Positions 59,146-64,000 of a stretch of DNA of 64,000 nt are shown here, one piece after another. The stretch is from a virus (taxonomy: Duplodnaviria > Heunggongvirae > Uroviricota > Caudoviricetes): the IMG/VR virus record IMGVR_UViG_3300023707_000001; one strand, given 5' to 3'. The first letter of the stretch is position 1, and every line of letters begins with the position of its first letter. The position numbers and the translations under genes are program-made. The notes beneath the pieces are model-generated. The model had not been told where the DNA came from. It saw only the letters and a program-made list of their open reading frames with translations, and did not search any database.

Positions 59146-59552
59146 ATCCTGCCACTCCCCTTTTTATTGTACGATTTTATACCAAACAAGGCTCGAAGTG
59201 CATCCGTGAAGTGCACACCTTCTTCTACGGTTTCTAAGCCTTTTTCGCTTTCATAAGCATCTTTAATGATTTTTTCGTAATACTGTCGGTCTTTTATTGT
59301 TTGTCCACTCTCCAATTCTGCAAGCGTATGGACATCTCCATTTGTGTCGTGTATGGGATTGTCTTTGCAACTCAAAGGAATTACCCATACCGAGCCGTCT
59401 TCACAATAGGCCAAGCCGAAGCGGCCCCTAATCGGCTTAATGCTCTTAATAGTATCTTCAGGGATGCTGGGAATAGTAGAAAAACGTGTTTGCATTTTTA
59501 CACCTCGTTAGCCGCAACGTACGTTACCGCCAGCATTGATATTGCCACGCAC

Positions 59553-59858
59553 CTAGCCTTCAACAAGTACACTGCCACCGGCATTAACACTTGTAGCGTC
59601 ACCGCTGACCTTAACAGTGCCGCCGGCATCCACGCGGTCTACGTTACCATTGACAGCTACGGAACCGGTCGATTCAATGTGTTGTACATTACCTTCGACA
59701 TAAATATCAATGACCTTGCTTTCCATGAATTCGCCGCTAATGGTCTGGCCGTTGATTACCACAGTGTTGCCATTGACAACGGATATACTTCCTGAGCCAG
59801 AAAAATTCATTTCATGGCCATTAATTGTTACTTTCATCGTTATACTCCTTAAAGTCAC
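59553..59858 (-). CDS. bactofilin-like beta-helical repeat protein (101 aa)
   Basis: Periodic G.V.V.G..V.G repeats (VVNGNTVVINGQTISGE..., VAVNGNVDRVDAGGTVKVSGD...). Confidence 0.4.
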   Translation of the reverse strand: MTLRSITMKVTINGHEMNFSGSGSISVVNGNTVVINGQTISGEFMESKVIDIYVEGNVQHIESTGSVAVNGNVDRVDAGGTVKVSGDATSVNAGGSVLVEG

Positions 59859-60481
59859 CTACAACCAATTTTCAAAAATGGCTCTGGTTTGAGCAAGTGC
59901 TTCCTCTTTTGAGCAGTCTTTGTACGTGTCGATATCGCACATGCCGCCGACAAATTTCTCGTTCTTGGCATCATTTCTGATAAGGACATGTCTCGTAAGC
60001 CAGCCAATGCGTTTATCCATCGTACTGCCTGCTTCTCCGATTTCTGCTCTGCAACCGGGAGACATCTTGCTCCAGCGCTCTTCTTCAAACTTTATGATTT
60101 CTTCCGCCGTGTCGAATGCACGGACTTCTTTCATTGCTTCTGTAAGTCCTCCGCGATGCGGACGATACAATACTGCCATCTTATCTTACCTCACACTCTC
60201 CCCAGGAAAGTTCATAGCCGTTACTGCAGTAGTAAGCACCCTCTTCAAGGCACTCCTCGTAAGAACGGCTTCCATCACTAAACCAGCTGTCAAATTTGGC
60301 TTTATTTTCTCGCCGTAACCGGATAAAGGCTGCTCGTGACAATCCCATATCGCCGGCAATCAGGTCTTCTACTTTTTCAAGCATTTTCTCTTCGTTATCA
60401 AAGACCAACGTAAAAATGCCATTGTAACACTGGTTGTTGAAGCCGCTTATAGCATATACTGACATATATTGGCCTCCTTTC

Positions 60482-60955
60482 CTACAGCCATGTACTTCTT
60501 TTGTTGAAGCGCTTGACGATATCTTCTGCGTTCATTCCGTCTTCATACAGGTCTTCGATATCGTTCGGATAGATAGAAAGACAGCCTTCAGATGTCAGTT
60601 CGGTGGCCGCTTCTTCCAAGACCTTCTGCTTCTCCGTCTTTTTCTGCGGCGTATGTTCTTCTGGTCTTACGACGAATTTCTGCAGCCTCTCACGAGCTTT
60701 CTGACACTTTTTGGCCAAGTCTTCATACGGGTCTGACTCATTCTCTTTGTAAATAGAAACAACATAATCACAGTCTTCAATGCTGCTGCGAACATCAAAT
60801 AAGTTTTGCGTGAAGTCATCCGAGTTATAATCGTCAATCTGAAAATGCCGCAGAGTATCTTCGATAGATTCGTTAGATGGGTACTCTTCAGCTCGTGCTT
60901 CAATGGCAATTTCGCCTTCTCTGTCGGCATTGTGAAGCCTAAAAATATATCCCAT
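60482..60955 (-). CDS. hypothetical acidic protein (157 aa)
   Basis: Minus ORF. Confidence 0.45.
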   Translation of the reverse strand: MGYIFRLHNADREGEIAIEARAEEYPSNESIEDTLRHFQIDDYNSDDFTQNLFDVRSSIEDCDYVVSIYKENESDPYEDLAKKCQKARERLQKFVVRPEEHTPQKKTEKQKVLEEAATELTSEGCLSIYPNDIEDLYEDGMNAEDIVKRFNKRSTWL

Positions 60956-61395
60956 TACATCATGTCCTTCCCCACAATGAACTCCCTGCCATTGATGCTT
61001 TTAACGGCATATTTTTCATGTTCAACGTATTCAAAGTCGACTATCTCCGGCGTCAGTTCTTCTTTGCTCATCCAGCCACCACCATATGCGGACGGCAGAT
61101 GCAAAACAAGGTTGCCCTTTGCATCGTAATGAACAATGTCACCTTCAACCAGAGAACCATTCGTATTTCCCTTGGTTACTACCAACAGGGGAAAATAGTC
61201 AATATTCGTTTTATCTTTCTCCCAGGGGTATTTCAGCATCTCACCGCAGTGTGGGCAGCGATTAAGTTTGTTCTCCGGGCACTCAATACCATAGACGTGG
61301 TAGGACTCCCGGCTTTCATCGCCACACACCGGACATATCCACGCCGGGTCGCCGCCCGGCGTGACAACGTCTTTAACATCTTTCCAGTTTTTCAC
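60955..61395 (-). CDS. hypothetical protein with N-terminal Zn-ribbon (146 aa)
   Basis: CPVCGDE...CPHCGE. Confidence 0.45.
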   Translation of the reverse strand: MKNWKDVKDVVTPGGDPAWICPVCGDESRESYHVYGIECPENKLNRCPHCGEMLKYPWEKDKTNIDYFPLLVVTKGNTNGSLVEGDIVHYDAKGNLVLHLPSAYGGGWMSKEELTPEIVDFEYVEHEKYAVKSINGREFIVGKDMM

Positions 61396-62078
61396 ACCGT
61401 GTTCTCCTCATCTTCTAAAACTCGATACCGTACCGTTCTAGCAAGCCCTGCATTTTCTATCATGCGAGAGCAAATAGGACACGGCTCCGCATCAATAGCC
61501 TTTTTCTGCACGCAGTCATATCCATACAGATAAAGCGTTCCGCCGAGCAGTGATGTTCCCTGGCGGGCGGCGTTGATGATTGCGTTCTGCTCTGCATGTA
61601 CGCTTCTGCACAGGTCATAGTTGCCAGAGTTATGTGCCATGTTCATTACCTGGCGAACACAAATCCCCTTATCGCTGCAGTTGTGGCCATCACGAGGAGA
61701 ACCGTTGTATCCTGCACTGACAATTACATCATTGCGAACGATAAGCGCGCCGTATTTGCGGCGAAGGCATGTCGAGCGGCTGGCAACCTGCTTGGCAATG
61801 TCGAGATAATACTCATCTTTCGACTGTCTCTCTTCCACAGCACGTTCAATAACGCGCGGTGTGCCATTCACTTTGATAAGCGTTTTGGGGTCTACGTTAA
61901 CTACGCAGGTTTTTCGAGAGACTCCGCTCATGCTTACGTTGTGGCTATTCATAACAAGTGTAATCTTAAACACTTCGTTAAACGGGTCGAAGTCATCGAG
62001 AGTATCATACATTTCCATTTTCACGGCTTCTTCCAGCGTAAACTGGACCAGGTCGCCGACTCTAAGCTCATCACTCAT
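61392..62078 (-). CDS. dCMP (deoxycytidylate) deaminase with ~80-aa N-terminal extension
   Basis: CDA zinc motifs HAEQNAI and PCPICS in the C-terminal 140 aa. Confidence 0.75.
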   Translation of the reverse strand: MSDELRVGDLVQFTLEEAVKMEMYDTLDDFDPFNEVFKITLVMNSHNVSMSGVSRKTCVVNVDPKTLIKVNGTPRVIERAVEERQSKDEYYLDIAKQVASRSTCLRRKYGALIVRNDVIVSAGYNGSPRDGHNCSDKGICVRQVMNMAHNSGNYDLCRSVHAEQNAIINAARQGTSLLGGTLYLYGYDCVQKKAIDAEPCPICSRMIENAGLARTVRYRVLEDEENTV

Positions 62079-62650
62079 TTTTCTTCCTCCTGCAGTAAAC
62101 GAACTGACACGATACAGTCTTTCAGCTCATCTTCGTTCTCAAAGTCAATATCCTGCACCCGGCCAGTTCTCATATTGAACATAATGAGGTGGTAAAGTTC
62201 ATCTTCTTCGCTGTAACTCTTTTCCAGCAAATTATCCATGCCCACATCTACCAGCGACAGCGTGCTGCAGTTTTCGTTATTGCCCTTGAAGTATTCAACT
62301 CTGCGATAATCCTCAGACTGAAGAATTACTTCAATGGTATATTTGTCACTGGGGCTGCCATCCATGTCGACATAATCGGCCGTCGGCTTATCTTTGTTGT
62401 CAAGGTATTCCTGTGAATACCCGATACAAAAGGTGTCTTCGTACTTTTTTTCTTCACCGGTTTCCGAATCTATGTATCTTCCGATGTGAGTAATCTTGTC
62501 ACACTTTGTGCATACGCCGCACGGTCCGATAATTTGCGGCTTACCCTTGCCGTCAATGGGGATATGCTTTACATGTCGGCCATAGGCATGGCCATAATCC
62601 ATTTTTGCCGTAAGGTTATCCCCACACGGGAAAATAATTTCTTTTTGCAT
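62075..62650 (-). CDS. hypothetical protein (191 aa)
   Basis: Minus ORF. Confidence 0.45.
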   Translation of the reverse strand: MQKEIIFPCGDNLTAKMDYGHAYGRHVKHIPIDGKGKPQIIGPCGVCTKCDKITHIGRYIDSETGEEKKYEDTFCIGYSQEYLDNKDKPTADYVDMDGSPSDKYTIEVILQSEDYRRVEYFKGNNENCSTLSLVDVGMDNLLEKSYSEEDELYHLIMFNMRTGRVQDIDFENEDELKDCIVSVRLLQEEEK

Positions 62651-62663
62651 TTTTTATCCTCTC

Positions 62664-63848
62664 CTATGCCGCCTCTTTGTATTCTTGCAGGTTATACTCT
62701 TCTACGATTTCCGCCCAAATCTTTCTTACAAGGTCTTTGGGGATAGTGGCGTCGTCGGCTGGCAAAACTGCACCAACAAGATTTTCCATTATTCCACAGG
62801 AAACTCTCCAGGTTTCAAAAGCTGCCTTGACGTCATCCTTTAACTTGTTGTTGCACGGACCGTATGCCTGTCGAATTGTATTGTTGTGAATCTCGATACA
62901 ACCACAAAGGTTTTCGTCCTTCTCCATCAATACAATTGTAGAAGTTTTACACAAAGCAGGTTTAAGATAGCAATGACCAACACAATTGTGCAACTTTTTA
63001 CCTGCTGCAACCAAATCCGCAGTTTTTCTGGGTAGAATAAACTTGAAGCCGTTAATCTCCTTTTCATACTTACGCACTTCTTCTTCAGTATAAAGAATCT
63101 TCCCGTCTTTTTCAAGTTTGTTTTGAACAATTTCTCTCATGGCAATACCGGCCATGGTCTTTTTACCATCTTGTTTTGCCTGCTTGTAGAGCTGTACCTG
63201 CTCATCGATGTTTTGCTGTGCCTGGATTTTAATTTCCATTTCCCTTCGTACATCTGCAAGAGCCACAAGCGCATCATGTGTTTTTTTGATAGATGGTTTA
63301 AAACACCGGCTAATGTCTTCTTCCGTAATATCAGAATCCTGAAGACCGTGGTGTATACGAATGGCATCATTAACCAATGTATTTCCCAGTGCTTTCACAA
63401 AAGACATTTCGGAACCAACCCGTAGATATTTCTGAACAAAACCTTTGAAGGCATCCATTTCATATCTGCTATAAAAATAATAATGGAAAATGCTATTCCT
63501 TAAATTTACGTTTTCCAAAATTTTATAGAAAGCATTTATGTCCTTAAAACCAAGACCTTTCCAGGCTTTAAATGCTTTGGTTGTGATGTATACATCATCC
63601 ATCAACGCCTTTTTAAACTTCTTGCTTTTGGGAAGTTTATACTTTTTCGAGATATTGTTTAATATCTGGAGGTCGTCATCATTTTTATCAATCTGCCGCA
63701 AAAAATTCAGTGCAAACTTTTCACACATTTTTCGTCCACAACGAGTTTCGCTAAGGTGCTGTTGTAAGCAATCGGTAAATTGTTTACTGGTATTGCGGAA
63801 TCGATTTATTGCCGCGTAGTTTGCCGGAAGGACCCCTTCCTCCTCCAT
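62664..63848 (-). CDS. hypothetical protein (394 aa), possibly PcfJ-like
   Basis: KLHNCVGHCYL...CGCIEI...QAYGPCN region is reminiscent of the PcfJ family; weak. Confidence 0.4.
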   Translation of the reverse strand: MEEEGVLPANYAAINRFRNTSKQFTDCLQQHLSETRCGRKMCEKFALNFLRQIDKNDDDLQILNNISKKYKLPKSKKFKKALMDDVYITTKAFKAWKGLGFKDINAFYKILENVNLRNSIFHYYFYSRYEMDAFKGFVQKYLRVGSEMSFVKALGNTLVNDAIRIHHGLQDSDITEEDISRCFKPSIKKTHDALVALADVRREMEIKIQAQQNIDEQVQLYKQAKQDGKKTMAGIAMREIVQNKLEKDGKILYTEEEVRKYEKEINGFKFILPRKTADLVAAGKKLHNCVGHCYLKPALCKTSTIVLMEKDENLCGCIEIHNNTIRQAYGPCNNKLKDDVKAAFETWRVSCGIMENLVGAVLPADDATIPKDLVRKIWAEIVEEYNLQEYKEAA

Positions 63849-64000
63849 TGCTTTAATCGCAACTTCGTAAAATGGCCCCTTAGAAGTACTGGAATATGTT
63901 ACATCTGCAATATTACTTTTGTATGACCAAAGCGCATCATTATTTTCAACTACCTTTTTCGTACCAAGCTCTACGGGAGCCTTGATATAGGTGTGACCAT

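Noticed and set aside
1-64000. Alternative genetic code (TGA or TAG reassignment) for the whole phage
   Set aside because: Apart from the single in-frame TGA in the ISL3 transposase, genes form long uninterrupted ORFs under the standard code with sensible RBSs and 1-4-nt overlaps. I saw no systematic pattern of same-frame ORF pairs split by one stop codon.
1-64000. Prophage integration signatures (integrase, attL/attR at a tRNA)
   Set aside because: No tyrosine or serine recombinase motif was recognised in any ORF. The tRNA-adjacent mobile elements present are IscB and HNH, not an integrase, so the window gives no evidence for or against lysogeny.

Overview
This 64-kb window reads as a virulent or temperate phage genome segment. 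About 95% of genes are small, tightly packed, minus-strand ORFs, many Cys-rich or Zn-ribbon, typical of a phage early/accessory region; the host is unclear. Accessory genes I can recognise include an NAD+-dependent DNA ligase (LigA), an RNA 2'-phosphotransferase (Tpt1/KptA), two HAD-family phosphatases, a pol-beta-fold nucleotidyltransferase, a beta-class DNA methyltransferase, NrdG, dCMP deaminase, an RNAP alpha-CTD-like protein and an SPFH protein. The central ~13 kb (32.5-45.5 kb) is a minus-strand tRNA array with at least 12 decodable tRNAs plus many degenerate or armless tRNA-like elements. It also holds a candidate tmRNA and several long ORF-free stretches that look structured. Mobile nucleases have invaded this region: an IscB-omegaRNA (OMEGA) element sits inside what was a tRNA-Cys(GCA) gene, and an HNH endonuclease abuts a truncated tRNA. 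A second invaded locus, upstream of the array at 4.4-6.4 kb, holds an ISL3 transposase (interrupted by an in-frame TGA) inserted into a TnpB remnant that keeps its omegaRNA-like 3' region. Recurrent small RNA-level motifs (a hairpin with invariant ACGTTAAC loop and covarying stems, conserved CATAATATGG inter-tRNA spacers, ~55-nt anticodon-arm-less mini-tRNAs) are not explained by known feature types. The co-occurrence of Tpt1, HAD phosphatases, a nucleotidyltransferase, LigA and a large tRNA/tmRNA complement suggests a phage RNA end-healing or tRNA-supply countermeasure module. Functional calls are from motif recognition by eye; anticodon calls for atypical tRNAs are provisional.
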